Assembly: GCA_040954595.2 (NCBI GenBank)
Contig: CM082592.2
Coordinates: 9,721,677 to 9,785,676, forward strand
Length of the DNA: 64,000 bases
From: Balanoglossus misakiensis
Lineage: Eukaryota > Animalia > Hemichordata
Direction of reading: 5' to 3'
Part shown: piece after piece, positions 50,254 to 64,000 of the stretch
How the letters are laid out: every line of letters begins with the position of its first letter
How positions within the stretch are numbered: position 1 is the stretch's first letter
The notes under the pieces: model-generated
Seen by the model: the letters and a program-made list of their open reading frames with translations, nothing else
What the model was told of the DNA's origin: nothing
Databases searched by the model: none
Position numbers and translations under genes: made by a program

Positions 50254-53200
50254 CATTTTCCTGAGCTATAACCCATGGTTTTTTCAAAAAAATGACAAAA
50301 TTTTGAAAATTCGCAAAGTCGAAAAATGGTCGATTTTTCAACATTTTCCTGAGCTATAACCCATGGTTTTTTCAAAAAAATGACCAAATTTTGAAAATTC
50401 GCAAAGTCGAAAAATGGTCGATTTTTCAACATTTTCCTGAGCTATAACCCATGGTTTTTTCAAAAAATGACCAAATTTTGAAAATTCGCAAAGTCGAAAA
50501 ATGGTCGATTTTTCAACATTTTCCTGAGCTATAACCCATGGTTTTTTCAAAAAAATGACCAAATTTTGAAAATTCGCAAAGTCGAAAAATCGTCGATTTT
50601 TTAACATTTTCCTGAGCTATAACCCATGGTTTTTTCAAAAAAATGACCAAATTTTGAAAATTCGCAAAGTCGAAAAATCGTCGATTTTTCAACATTTTCC
50701 TGAGCTATAACCCATGGTTTTTTCAAAAAATGACCAAATTTTGAAAATTCGCAAAGTCGAAAAATGGTCGATTTTTCAACATTTTCCTGAGCTATAACCC
50801 ATGGTTTTTTCAAAAAATGACCAAATTTTGAAAATTCGCAAAGTCGAAAAATGGTAGATTTTTCAACATTTTCCTGAGCTATAACCCATGGTTTTTTCAA
50901 AAAATGACCAAATTTTGAAAATTCGCAAAGTCGAAAGATGGTCGATTTTTCAACATTTTCCTGAGCTATAACCCATGGATTTTTCAAAAAATGACCAAAT
51001 TTTGAAAATTCGCAAAGTCGAAAAATGGTCGATTTTTTCAACATTTTCCTGAGCTATAACCCATGGATTTTTCAAAAAAATGACCAAATTTTGAAAATTC
51101 GCAAAGTCGAAAAATGGTCGATTTTTAAACATTTTCCTGAGCTATAACCCATGGTTTTTTCAAAAAATGACCAAATTTTGAAAATTCGCAAAGTCGAAAA
51201 ATCGTCGATTTTTCAACATTTTCCTGAGCTATAACCCATGGTTTTTTCAAAAAATGACCAAATTTTGAAAATTCGCAAAGTCGAAAAATCGTCGATTTTT
51301 CAACATTTTCCTGAGCTATAACCCATGGTTTTTTCAAAAAATGACCAAATTTTGAAAATTCGCAAAGTCGAAAAATCGTCGATTTTTAAACATTTTCCTG
51401 AGCTATAACCCATGGTTTTTTCAAAAAAATGACCAAATTTTGAAAATTCGCAAAGTCGAAAAATGGTCGATTTTTAAACATTTTCCTGAGCTATAACCCA
51501 TGGTTTTTTCAAAAAATGACCAAATTTTGAAAATTCGCAAAGTCGAAAAATGGTCGATTTTTCAACATTTTCCTGAGCTATAACCCATGGTTTTTTCAAA
51601 AAATGACCAAATTTTGAAAATTCCCAAAGTCGAAAAATCGTCGATTTTTCAACATTTTCCTGAGCTATAACCCATGTTTTTTTCAAAAAATGACCAAATT
51701 TTGAAAATTCGCAAAGTCGAAAAATCGTCGATTTTTCAACATTTTCCTGAGCTATAACCCATGGTTTTTTCAAAAAATGACCAAATTTTGAAAATTCGCA
51801 AAGTCGAAAAATGGTCGATTTTTCACCATTTTCCTGAGCTATAACCCATGGTTTTTTCAAAAAATGACAAAATTTTGAAAATTCGCAAAGTCGAAAAATG
51901 GTCGATTTTTCAACATTTTCCTGAGCTATAACCCATGGTTTTTTCAAAAAATGACCAAATTTTGAAAATTCGCAAAGTCGAAAAATGGTCGATTTTTCAA
52001 CATTTTACTGAGCTATAACCCATGGTTTTTTCAAAAAATGACCAAATTTTGAAAATTCGCAAAGTCGAAAAATGGTCGATTTTTCAACATTTTCCTGACC
52101 TATAACCCATGGTTTTTTCAAAAAATGACCAAATTTTGAAAATTCGCAAAGTCGAAAAATGGTCGATTTTTCAACATTTTCCTGACCTATAACCCATGGT
52201 TTTTTCAAAAAATGACCAAATTTTGAAAATTCGCAAAGTCGAAAAATGGTTGATTTTTCAACATTTTCCTGACCTATAACCCATGGTTTTTTCAAAAAAT
52301 GACCAAATTTTGAAAATTCGCAAAGTCGAAAAATGGTCGATTTTTCAACATTTTCCTGACCTATAACCCATGGTTTTTTCAAAAAATGACCAAATTTTGA
52401 AAATTCGCAAAGTCGAAAAATCGTCGATTTTTCAACATTTTCCTGAGCTATAACCCATGGTTTTTTCCAAAAATGACCAAATTTTGAAAATTCGCAAAGT
52501 CGAAAAATCGTCGATTTTTCAACATTTTCCTGAGCTATAACCCATGGTTTTTTCAAAAAATGACCAAATTTTGAAAATTCGCAAAGTCGAAAAATCGTCG
52601 ATTTTTCAACATTTTCCTGAGCTATAACCCATGGTTTTTTCAAAAAATGACCAAATTTTGAAAATTCGCAAAGTCGAAAAATCGTCGATTTTTCAACATT
52701 TTCCTGAGCTATAACCCATGGTTTTTTCAAAAAATGACCAAATTTTGAAAATTCGCAAAGTCGAAAAATGGTCGATTTTTCAACATTTTCCTGAGCTATA
52801 ACCCATGGTTTTTTCAAAAAATGACCAAATTTTGAAAATTCGCAAAGTCGAAAAATGGTCGATTTTTCAACATTTTCCTGAGCTATAACCCATGGTTTTT
52901 TCAAAAAAATGACCAAATTTTGAAAATTCGCAAAGTCGAAAAATGGTCGATTTTTCAACATTTTCCTGAGCTATAACCCATGGTTTTTTCAAAAAATGAC
53001 CAAATTTTGAAAATTCGCAAAGTCGAAAAATGGTCGATTTTTCAACATTTTCCTGAGCTATAACCCATGGTTTTTTCAAAAAATGACCAAATTTTGAAAA
53101 TTCGCAAAGTCGAAAAATGGTCGATTTTTCAACATTTTCCTGAGCTATAACCCATGGATTTTTCAAAAAATGACCAAATTTTGAAAATTCGCAAAGTCGA

Positions 53201-54780
53201 AAAATGGTCGATTTTTCAACATTTTCCTGAGCTATAACCCATGGATTTTTCAAAAAAATGACCAAATTTTGAAAATTCGCAATGTCGAAAAATGGTCGAT
53301 TTTTCAACATTTTCCTGAGCTATAACCCATGGTTTTTTCAAAAAATGACCAAATTTTGAAAATTCGCAATGTCGAAAAATCGTCGATTTTTCAACATTTT
53401 CCTTAGCTATAACCCATGGTTTTTTCAAAAAATGACCAAATTTTGAAAATTCGCAAAGTCGAAAAATCGTCGATTTTTTAACATTTTCCTGAGCTATAAC
53501 CCATGGATTTTTCAAAAAAATGACCAAATTTTGAAAATTCGCAAAGTCGAAAAATGGTCGATTTTTCAACATTTTCCTGAGCTATAACCCATGGTTTTTT
53601 CAAAAAATGACCAAATTTTGAAAATTCGCAAAGTCGAAAAATGGTCGATTTTTCAACATTTTCCTGAGCTATAACCCATGGTTTTTTCAAAAAAATGACC
53701 AAATTTTGAAAATTCGCAAAGTCGAAAAATGGTCGATTTTTCAACATTTTCCTGAGCTATAACCCATGGTTTTTTCAAAAAATGACCAAATTTTGAAAAT
53801 TCGCAAAGTCGAAAAATCGTCGATTTTTCAACATTTTCCTGAGCTATAACCCATGGTTTTTTTCAAAAAATGACCAAATTTTGAAAATTCGCAAAGTCGA
53901 AAAATCGTCGATTTTTCAACATTTTCCTGAGCTATAACCCATGGTTTTTTCAAAAAATGACCAAATTTTGAAAATTCGCAAAGTCGAAAAATGGTCGATT
54001 TTTCAACATTTTCCTGAGCTATAACCCATGGTTTTTTCAAAAAATGACCAAATTTTGAAAATTCGCAAAGTCGAAAAATGGTCGATTTTTCAACATTTTC
54101 CTGAGCTATAACCCATGGTTTTTTCAAAAAATGACCAAATTTTGAAAATTCGCAAAGTCGAAAAATGGTCGATTTTCAACATTTTCCTGACCTATAACCC
54201 TTTGGTTTTTTCAAAAAATGACCAAATTTTGAAAATTCGCAAAGTCGAAAAATCGTCGATTTTTCAACATTTTCCTGACCTATAACCCATGGTTTTTTCA
54301 AAAAATGACCAAATTTTGAAAATTCGCAAAGTCGAAAAATCGTCGATTTTTCAACATTTTCCTGAGCTATAACCCATGGTTTTTTCAAAAAATGACCAAA
54401 TTTTGAAAATTCGCAAAGTCGAAAAATGGTCGATTTTTCAACATTTTCCTGAGCTATAACCCATGGTTTTTTAAAAAAATGACCAAATTTTGAAAATTCG
54501 CAAAGTCGAAAAATGGTCGATTTTTCAACATTTTCCTGAGCTATAACCCATGGTTTTTTCAAAAAATGACCAAATTTTGAAAATTCGCAAAGTCGAAAAA
54601 TGGTCGATTTTTCAACATTTTCCTGAGCTATAACCCATGGTTTTTTCAAAAAATGACCAAATTTTGAAAATTCGCAAAGTCGAAAAATGGTCGATTTTTC
54701 AACATTTTCCTGAGCTATAACCCATGGTTTTTTCAAAAAAATGACCAAATTTTGAAAATTCGCAAAGTCGAAAAATGGTC
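50252..54780 (-). repeat. 87-bp satellite, inverted block (~52 monomers)
   Basis: Tandem reverse complement of the monomer found in the rest of the array. Confidence 0.97.
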
Positions 54781-57700
54781 ATTTTTTTGAAAAATCCATG
54801 GGTTATAGCTCAGGAAAATGTTGAAAAATCTACCATTTTTCGACTTTGCGAATTTTCAAAATTTGGTCATTTTTTGAAAAAACCATGGGTTATAGCTCAG
54901 GAAAATGTTGAAAAATCGACCATTTTTCGACTTTGCGAATTTTCAAAATTTGGTCATTTTTTGAAAAAACCATGGGTTATAGCTCAGGAAAATGTTGAAA
55001 AATCGACCATTTTTCGACTTTGCGAATTTTCAAAATTTGGTCATTTTTTGAAAAAACCATGGGTTATAGCTCAGGAAAATGTTGAAAAATCGACCATTTT
55101 TCGACTTTGCGAATTTTCAAAATTTGGTCATTTTTTTGAAAAATCCATGGGTTATAGCTCAGGAAAATGTTGAAAAATCGACCATTTTTCGACTTTGCGA
55201 ATTTTCAAAATTTGGTCATTTTTTGAAAAATCCATGGGTTATAGCTCAGGAAAATGTTGAAAAATCGACCATTTTTCGACTTTGCGAATTTTCAAAATTT
55301 GGTCATTTTTGGAAAAAACCATGGGTTATAGCTCAGGAAAATGTTGAAAAATCGACCATTTTTCGACTTTGCGAATTTTCAAAATTTGGTCATTTTTTGA
55401 AAAAACCATGGGTTATAGCTCAGGAAAATGTTGAAAAATCGACCATTTTTCGACTTTGCGAATTTTCAAAATTTGGTCATTTTTTTGAAAAATCCATGGG
55501 TTATAGCTCAGGAAAATGTTGAAAAATCGACCATTTTTCGACTTTGCGAATTTTCAAAATTTGGTCATTTTTTGAAAAAACCATGGGTTATAGCTCAGGA
55601 AAATGTTGAAAAATCGACCATTTTTCGACTTTGCGAATTTTCAAAATTTGGTCATTTTTTGAAAAAACCATGGGTTATAGCTAAGGAAAATGTTGAAAAA
55701 TCGACCATTTTTCGACTTTGCGAATTTTCAAAATTTGGTCATTTTTTGAAAAAACCATGGGTTATAGCTAAGGAAAATGTTGAAAAATCGACCATTTTTC
55801 GACTTTGCGAATTTTCAAAATTTGGTCATTTTTTGAAAAAACCATGGGTTATAGCTCAGGAAAATGGTGAAAAATCGACCATTTTTCGACTTTGCGAATT
55901 TTCAAAATTTGGTCATTTTTTGAAAAAACCATGGGTTATAGCTCAGGAAAATGTTTAAAAATCGACGATTTTTCGACTTTGCCAATTTTCAAAATTTGGT
56001 CATTTTTTGAAAAAACCATGGGTTATAGCTCAGGAAAATGTTTAAAAATCGACCATTTTTCGACTTTGCGAATTTTCAAAATTTGGTCATTTTTTGAAAA
56101 AACCATGGGTTATAGCTCAGGAAAATGTTGAAAAATCGACCATTTTTCGACTTTGCGAATTTTCAAAATTTGGTCATTTTTTGAAAAAACCATGGGTTAT
56201 AGCTCAGGAAAATGTTGAAAAATCGACCATTTTTCGACTTTGCGAATTTTCAAAATTTGGTCATTTTTTGAAAAAACCATGGGTTATAGCTCAGGAAAAT
56301 GTTGAAAAATCGACCATTTTTCGACTTTGCGAATTTTCAAAATTTGGTCATTTTTTGAAAAAACCATGGGTTATAGCTCAGGAAAATGTTGAAAAATCGA
56401 CGATTTTTCGACTTTGCGAATTTTCAAAATTTGGTCATTTTTTGAAAAAACCATGGGTTATAGCTCAGGAAAATGTTGAAAAATCGACCATTTTTCGACT
56501 TTGCGAATTTTCAAAATTTGGTCATTTTTTGAAAAAACCATGGGTTATAGCTCAGGAAAATGTTGAAAAATCGACGATTTTTCGACTTTGCGAATTTTCA
56601 AAATTTGGTCATTTTTTTGAAAAATCCATGGGTTATAGCTCAGGAAAATGTTGAAAAATCGACCATTTTTCGACTTTGCGAATTTTCAAAATTTGGTCAT
56701 TTTTTGAAAAAACCATGGGTTATAGCTCAATAAAATGTTGAAAAATCGACCATTTTTCGACTTTGCGAATTTTCAAAATTTGGTCATTTTTTGAAAAAAC
56801 CATGGGTTATAGCTCAGGAAAATGTTGAAAAATCGACCATTTTTCGACTTTGCGAATTTTCAAAATTTGGTCATTTTTTGAAAAAACCATGGGTTATAGC
56901 TCAGGAAAATGTTGAAAAATCGACCATTTTTCGACTTTGCGAATTTTCAAAATTTGGTCATTTTTTTGAAAAATCCATGGGTTATAGCTCAGGAAAATGT
57001 TGAAAAATCGACCATTTTTCGACTTTGCGAATTTTCAAAATTTGGTCATTTTTTGAAAAAACCATGGGTTATAGCTCAGGAAAATGTTGAAAAATCGACC
57101 ATTTTTCGACTTTGCGAATTTTCAAAATTTGGTCATTTTTTTGAAAAATCCATGGGTTATAGCTCAGGAAAATGTTGAAAAATCGACCATTTTTGACTTT
57201 GCGAATTTTCAAAATTTGGTCATTTTTTGAAAAAACCATGGGTTATAGCTCAGGAAAATGTTGAAAAATCGACCATTTTTCGACTTTGCGAATTTTCAAA
57301 ATTTGGTCATTTTTTGAAAAAACCATGGGTTATAGCTCAGGAAAATGTTGAAAAATCGGCCATTTTTCGACTTTGCGAATTTTCAAAATTTGGTCATTTT
57401 TTGAAAAATCCATGGGTTATAGCTCAGGAAAATGTTGAAAAATCGACCATTTTTCGACTTTGCGAATTTTCAAAATTTGGTCATTTTTTGAAAAAACCAT
57501 GGGTTATAGCTCAGGAAAATGTTGAAAAATCGACCATTTTTCGACTTTGCGAATTTTCAAAATTTGGTCATTTTTTGAAAAAACCATGGGTTATAGCTCA
57601 GGAAAATGTTGAAAAATCGACCATTTTTCGACTTTGCGAATTTTCAAAATTTGGTCATTTTTTGAAAAAACCATGGGTTATAGCTCAGGAAAATGTTGAA

Positions 57701-60700
57701 AAATCGACCATTTTTCGACTTTGCGAATTTTCAAAATTTGGTCATTTTTTGAAAAAACCATGGGTTATAGCTCAGGAAAATGTTGAAAAATCGACCATTT
57801 TTCGACTTTGCGAATTTTCAAAATTTGGTCATTTTTTGAAAAAACCATGGGTTATAGCTCAGGAAAATGTTGAAAAATCGACCATTTTTCGACTTTGCGA
57901 ATTTTCAAAATTTGGTCATTTTTTTTAAAAAACCATGGGTTATAGCTCAGGAAAATGTTGAAAAATCGACCATTTTTCGACTTTGCGAATTTTCAAAATT
58001 TGGTCATTTTTTGAAAAAACCATGGGTTATAGCTCAGGAAAATGTTGAAAAATCGACCATTTTTCGACTTTGCGAATTTTCAAAATTTGGTCATTTTTTG
58101 AAAAAACCATGGGTTATAGCTCAGGAAAATGTTGAAAAATCGACCATTTTTCGACTTTGCGAATTTTCAAAATTTGGTCATTTTTTGAAAAAACCATGGG
58201 TTATAGCTCAGGAAAATGTTGAAAAATCGACCATTTTTCGACTTTGCGAATTTTCAAAATTTGGTCATTTTTTTGAAAAATCCATGGGTTATAGCTCAGG
58301 AAAATGTTGAAAAATCGACGATTTTTCGACTTTGCGAATTTTCAAAATTTGGTCATTTTTTTGAAAAATCCATGGGTTATAGCTCAGGAAAATGTTGAAA
58401 AATCGACCATTTTTCGACTTTGCGAATTTTCAAAATTTGGTCATTTTTTGAAAAAACCATGGGTTATAGCTCAGGAAAATGTTGAAAAATCGACCATTTT
58501 TCGACTTTGCGAATTTTCAAAATTTGGTCATTTTTTGAAAAAACCATGGGTTATAGCTCAGGAAAATGTTGAAAAATCGACCATTTTTCGACTTTGCGAA
58601 TTTTCAAAATTTGGTCATTTTTTGAAAAAACCATGGGTTATAGCTCAGGAAAATGTTGAAAAATCGACCATTTTTCGACTTTGCGAATTTTCAAAATTTG
58701 GTCATTTTTTGAAAAAACCATGGGTTATAGCTCAGGAAAATGTTGAAAAATCGACCATTTTTCGACTTTGCGAATTTTCAAAATTTGGTCATTTTTTGAA
58801 AAAACCATGGGTTATAGCTCAGGAAAATGTTGAAAAATCGACCATTTTTCGACTTTGCGAATTTTCAAAATTTGGTCATTTTTTTGAAAAAACCATGGGT
58901 TATAGCTCAGGAAAATGTTGAAAAATCGACCATTTTTCGACTTTGCGAATTTTCAAAATTTGGTCATTTTTTTGAAAAATCCATGGGTTATAGCTCAGGA
59001 AAATGTTGAAAAATCGACCATTTTTCGACTTTGCGAATTTTCAAAATTTGGTCATTTTTTGAAAAAACCATGGGTTATAGCTCAGGAAAATGTTGAAAAA
59101 TCGACCATTTTTCGACTTTGCGAATTTTCAAAATTTGGTCATTTTTTGAAAAAACCATGGGTTATAGCTCAGGAAAATGTTGAAAAATCGACCATTTTTC
59201 GACTTTGCGAATTTTCAAAATTTGGTCATTTTTTTGAAAAATCCATGGGTTATAGCTCAGGAAAATGTTGAAAAATCGACCATTTTTCGACTTTGCGAAT
59301 TTTCAAAATTTGGTCATTTTTTGAAAAAACCATGGGTTATAGCTCAGGAAAATGTTGAAAAATCGACCATTTTTCGACTTTGCGAATTTTCAAAATTTGG
59401 TCATTTTTTGAAAAAACCATGGGTTATAGCTCAGGAAAATGTTGAAAAATCGACCATTTTTCGACTTTGCGAATTTTCAAAATTTGGTCATTTTTTGAAA
59501 AAACCATGGGTTATAGCTCAGGAAAATGTTGAAAAATCGACCATTTTTCGACTTTGCGAATTTTCAAAATTTGGTCATTTTTGGAAAAAACCATGGGTTA
59601 TAGCTCAGGAAAATGTTGAAAAATCGACCATTTTTCGACTTTGCGAATTTTCAAAATTTGGTCATTTTTGGAAAAAACCATGGGTTATAGCTCAGGAAAA
59701 TGTTGAAAAATCGACCATTTTTCGACTTTGCGAATTTTCAAAATTTGGTCATTTTTTGAAAAAACCATGGGTTATAGCTCAGGAAAATGTTGAAAAATCG
59801 ACCATTTTTCGACTTTGCGAATTTTCAAAATTTGGTCATTTTTTGAAAAAACCATGGGTTATAGCTCAGGAAAATGTTTAAAAATCGACCATTTTTCGAC
59901 TTTGCGAATTTTCAAAATTTGGTCATTCTTTGAAAAAACCATGGGTTATAGCTCAGGAAAATGTTTAAAAATCGACGATTTTTCGACTTTGCGAATTTTC
60001 AAAATTTGGTCATTTTTTGAAAAAACCATGGGTTATAGCTCAGGAAAATGTTTAAAAATCGACCATTTTTCGACTTTGCGAATTTTCAAAATTTGGTCAT
60101 TTTTTGAAAAAACCATGGGTTATAGCTCAGGAAAATGTTGAAAAATCGACCATTTTTCGACTTTGCGAATTTTCAAAATTTGGTCATTTTTTGAAAAAAC
60201 CATGGGTTATAGCTCAGGAAAATGTTGAAAAATCGACCATTTTTCGACTTTGCGAATTTTCAAAATTTGGTCATTTTTTGAAAAAACCATGGGTTATAGC
60301 TAAGGAAAATGTTGAAAAATCGACCATTTTTCGACTTTGCGAATTTTCAAAATTTGGTCATTTTTTTGAAAAATCCATGGGTTATAGCTCAGGAAAATGT
60401 TGAAAAATCGACCATTTTTCGACTTTGCGAATTTTCAAAATTTGGTCATTTTTTGAAAAATCCATGGGTTATAGCTCAGGAAAATGTTGAAAAATCGACC
60501 ATTTTTCGACTTTGCGAATTTTCAAAATTTGGTCATTTTTTGAAAAATCCATGGGTTATAGCTCAGGAAAATGTTGAAAAATCGACCATTTTTCGACTTT
60601 GCGAATTTCAAAATTTGGTCATTTTTTGAAAAAACCATGGGTTATAGCTCAGGAAAATGTTGAAAATCGACCATTTTTCGACTTTGCGAATTTTCAAAAT

Positions 60701-63700
60701 TTGGTCATTTTTTTGAAAAAACCATGGGTTATAGCTAAGGAAAATGTTGAAAAATCGACCATTTTCGACTTTGCGAATTTTCAAAATTTGGTCATTTTTT
60801 TGAAAAATCCATGGGTTATAGCTCAGGAAAAATGTTGAAAAATCGACCATTTTTTCGACTTTGCGAATTTTCAAAATTTGGTCATTTTTTGAAAAAACCA
60901 TGGGTTATAGCTCAGGAAAATGTTGAAAAATCGACCATTTTTCGACTTTGCGAATTTTCAAAATTTGGTCATTTTTTGAAAAAACCATGGGTTATAGGTC
61001 AGACAAATGTTGAAAAATCGACCATTTTTCGACTTTGCGAATTTTCAAAATTTGGTCATTTTTTTGAAAAAACCATGGGTTATAGCTCAGGAAAATGTTG
61101 AAAAATCGACCATTTTTCGACTTTGCGAATTTTCAAAATTTGGTCATTTTTTGAAAAATCCATGGGTTATAGCTCAGGAAAATGTTGAAAAATCGACCAT
61201 TTTTCGACTTTGCGAATTTTCAAAATTTGGTCATTTTTTGAAAAATCCATGGGTTATAGCTCAGGAAAATGTTGAAAAATCGACCATTTTTCGACTTTGC
61301 GAATTTTCAAAATTTGGTCATTTTTTGAAAAAACCAATGGGTTATAGCTCAGGAAAATGTTGAAAAATCGACCATTTTTCGACTTTGCGAATTTTCAAAA
61401 TTTGGTCATTTTTTGAAAAAAACATGGGTTATAGCTCAGGAAAATGTTGAAAAATCGACCATTTTTCGACTTTGCGAATTTTCAAAATTTGGTCATTTTT
61501 TGAAAAAACCATAGGTTATAGCTCAGGAAAATGTTGAAAAATCGACCATTTTTCGACTTTGCGAATTTTCAAAATTTGGTCATTTTTTGAAAAAACCATG
61601 GGTTATAGCTCAGGAAAATGTTGAAAAATCGACCATTTTTCGACTTTGCGAATTTTCAAAATTTGGTCATTTTTTGAAAAAACCATGGGTTATAGCTCAG
61701 GAAAATGTTGAAAAATCGACCATTTTTCGACTTTGCGAATTTTCAAAATTTGGTCATTTTTTGAAAAAACCATGGGTTATAGCTCAGGAAAATGTTGAAA
61801 AATCGACCATTTTTCGACTTTGCGAATTTTCAAAATTTGGTCATTTTTTTGAAAAATCCATGGGTTATAGCTCAGGAAAATGTTGAAAAATCGACCATTT
61901 TTCGACTTTGCGAATTTTCAAAATTTGGTCATTTTTTGAAAAAACCATGGGTTATAGCTCAGGAAAATGTTGAAAAATCGACCATTTTTCGACTTTGCGA
62001 ATTTTCAAAATTTGGTCATTTTTTGAAAAAACCATGGGTTATAGCTCAGGAAAATGTTGAAAAATCGGCCATTTTTCGACTTTGCGAATTTTCAAAATTT
62101 GGTCATTTTTTTTTAAAATCCATGGGTTATAGCTCAGGAAAATGTTGAAAAATCGACCATTTTTCGACTTTGCGAATTTTCAAAATTTGGTCATTTTTTG
62201 AAAAAACCATGGGTTATAGCTCAGGAAAATGTTGAAAAATCAACCATTTTTCGACTTTGCGAATTTTCAAAATTTGGTCATTTTTTGAAAAAACCATGGG
62301 TTATAGCTCAGGAAAATGTTGAAAAATCGACCATTTTTCGACTTTGCGAATTTTCAAAATTTGGTCATTTTTTTGAAAAATCCATGGGTTATAGCTCAGG
62401 AAATGTTGAAAAATCGACCATTTTTCGACTTTGCGAATTTTCAAAATTTGGTCATTTTTTGAAAAAACCATGGGTTATAGCTCAGGAAAATGTTGAAAAA
62501 TCGACCATTTTTCGACTTTGCGAATTTTCAAAATTTGGTCATTTTTTGAAAAAACCATGGGTTATAGCTCAGGAAAATGTTGAAAAATCGACCATTTTTC
62601 GACTTTGCGAATTTTCAAAATTTGGTCATTTTTTGAAAAAACCATGGGTTATAGCTAAGGAAAATGTTGAAAAATCGACCATTTTTCGACTTTGCGAATT
62701 TTCAAAATTTGGTCATTTTTTTGAAAAATCCATGGGTTATAGCTCAGGAAAATGTTGAAAAATCGACCATTTTTCGACTTTGCGAATTTTCAAAATTTGG
62801 TCATTTTTTGAAAAAACCATGGGTTATAGCTCAGGAAAATGTTGAAAAATCGACCATTTTTCGACTTTGCGAATTTTCAAAATTTGGTCATTTTTTGAAA
62901 AAACCATGGGTTATAGGTCAGGAAAATGTTGAAAAATCGACCATTTTTCGACTTTGCGAATTTTCAAAATTTGGTCATTTTTTGAAAAACCATGGGTTAT
63001 AGCTCAGGAAAATGTTGAAAAATCGACCATTTTTCGACTTTGCGAATTTTCAAAATTTGGTCATTTTTTGAAAAAACCATGGGTTATAGGTCAGGAAAAT
63101 GTTGAAAAATCGACCATTTTTCGACTTTGCGAATTTTCAAAATTTGTCATTTTTTTGAAAAATCCATGGGTTATAGCTCAGGAAAATGTTGAAAAATCGA
63201 CCATTTTTCGACTTTGCGAATTTTCAAAATTTGGTCATTTTTTGAAAAATCCATGGGTTATAGACTCAGGAAAATGTTGAAAAATCGACCATTTTTCGAC
63301 TTTGCGAATTTTCAAAATTTGGTCATTTTTTGAAAAATCCATGGGTTATAGCTCAGGAAAATGTTGAAAAATCGACCATTTTTCGACTTTGCGAATTTTC
63401 AAAATTTGGTCATTTTTTGAAAAAACCATGGGTTATAGCTCAGGAAAATGTTGAAAAATCGACCATTTTTCGACTTTGCGAATTTTCAAATTTGGTCATT
63501 TTTTGAAAAAACCATGGTTATAGCTCAGGAAAATGTTGAAAAATCGACCATTTTTCGACTTTGCGAATTTTCAAAATTTGGTCATTTTTTGAAAAAACCA
63601 TGGGTTATAGCTCAGGAAAATGTTGAAAAATCGACCATTTTTCGACTTTGCGAATTTTCAAAATTTGGTCATTTTTTGAAAAAACCATGGGTTATAGCTC

Positions 63701-64000
63701 AGGAAAATGTTGAAAAATCGACCATTTTTCGACTTTGCGAATTTTCAAAATTTGGTCATTTTTTTGAAAAATCCATGGGTTATAGCTCAGGAAAATGTTG
63801 AAAAATCGACCATTTTTCGACTTTGCGAATTTTCAAAATTTGGTCATTTTTTGAAAAAACCATGGGTTATAGCTCAGGAAAATGTTGAAAAATCGACCAT
63901 TTTTCGACTTTGCGAATTTTCAAAATTTGGTCATTTTTTGAAAAAACCATGGGTTATAGCTCAGGAAAATGTTGAAAAATCGACCATTTTTCGACTTTGC
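54776..64000 (+). repeat. 87-bp satellite, forward block (~106 monomers; runs off the window end)
   Basis: Monomer GGTTATAGCTCAGGAAAATGTTGAAAAATCGACCATTTTTCGACTTTGCGAATTTTCAAAATTTGGTCATTTTTTGAAAAAACCATG; highly homogeneous, mainly homopolymer-length and single-base variants. Confidence 0.98.

Noticed and set aside
54830-54860. Possible CENP-B box in the monomer (TTTCGACTTTGCGAA)
   Set aside because: Has TTCG but lacks the A..CGGG half of the consensus.
49969-63801. Many ORFs with the 29-aa repeat KKPWVIAQENVEKSTIFRLCEFSKFGHFL
   Set aside because: An artefact of an 87-bp (3x29) monomer that lacks a stop in one frame; frequent homopolymer frameshifts and presence in both orientations indicate no coding constraint.
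50252-64000. CRISPR-like array or telomeric repeat
   Set aside because: Units abut with no unique spacers, there are no cas genes, the context is eukaryotic, and no TTAGGG-type repeat is present.

Overview
Eukaryotic (invertebrate bilaterian, probably non-vertebrate deuterostome; inferred, not verified) genomic DNA in three zones. (1) 0.9-31.8 kb: a compact cluster of eight short-intron housekeeping genes: HIRA(+), GTF2H3(-), EIF2B1(+), MRPL50(-), DGCR8/Pasha(+), THEM4-like(-), HGH1(-) and FN3K/FN3KRP(+), mostly arranged in head-to-head pairs. (2) 32-49.9 kb: about 15 kb of CpG-richer non-coding DNA with promoter-like motif clusters, then a three-SH3 adaptor gene resembling Drosophila Dlish/Vamana. 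(3) 49.9-64 kb: an 87-bp AT-rich satellite array containing a ~4.5-kb inverted block. The most interesting signal is a pri-miRNA-like hairpin in the predicted DGCR8 5' leader (candidate Microprocessor autoregulation), with two further hairpins near the gene. Other notable features: a GTF2H3/EIF2B1 bidirectional promoter as in human, HIRA-DGCR8 linkage as at human 22q11, a U12-type intron, a GC-AG intron, a duplicated HIRA exon fragment, and the satellite inversion with microhomology junctions. All calls were read by eye; no searches or folding programs were run.
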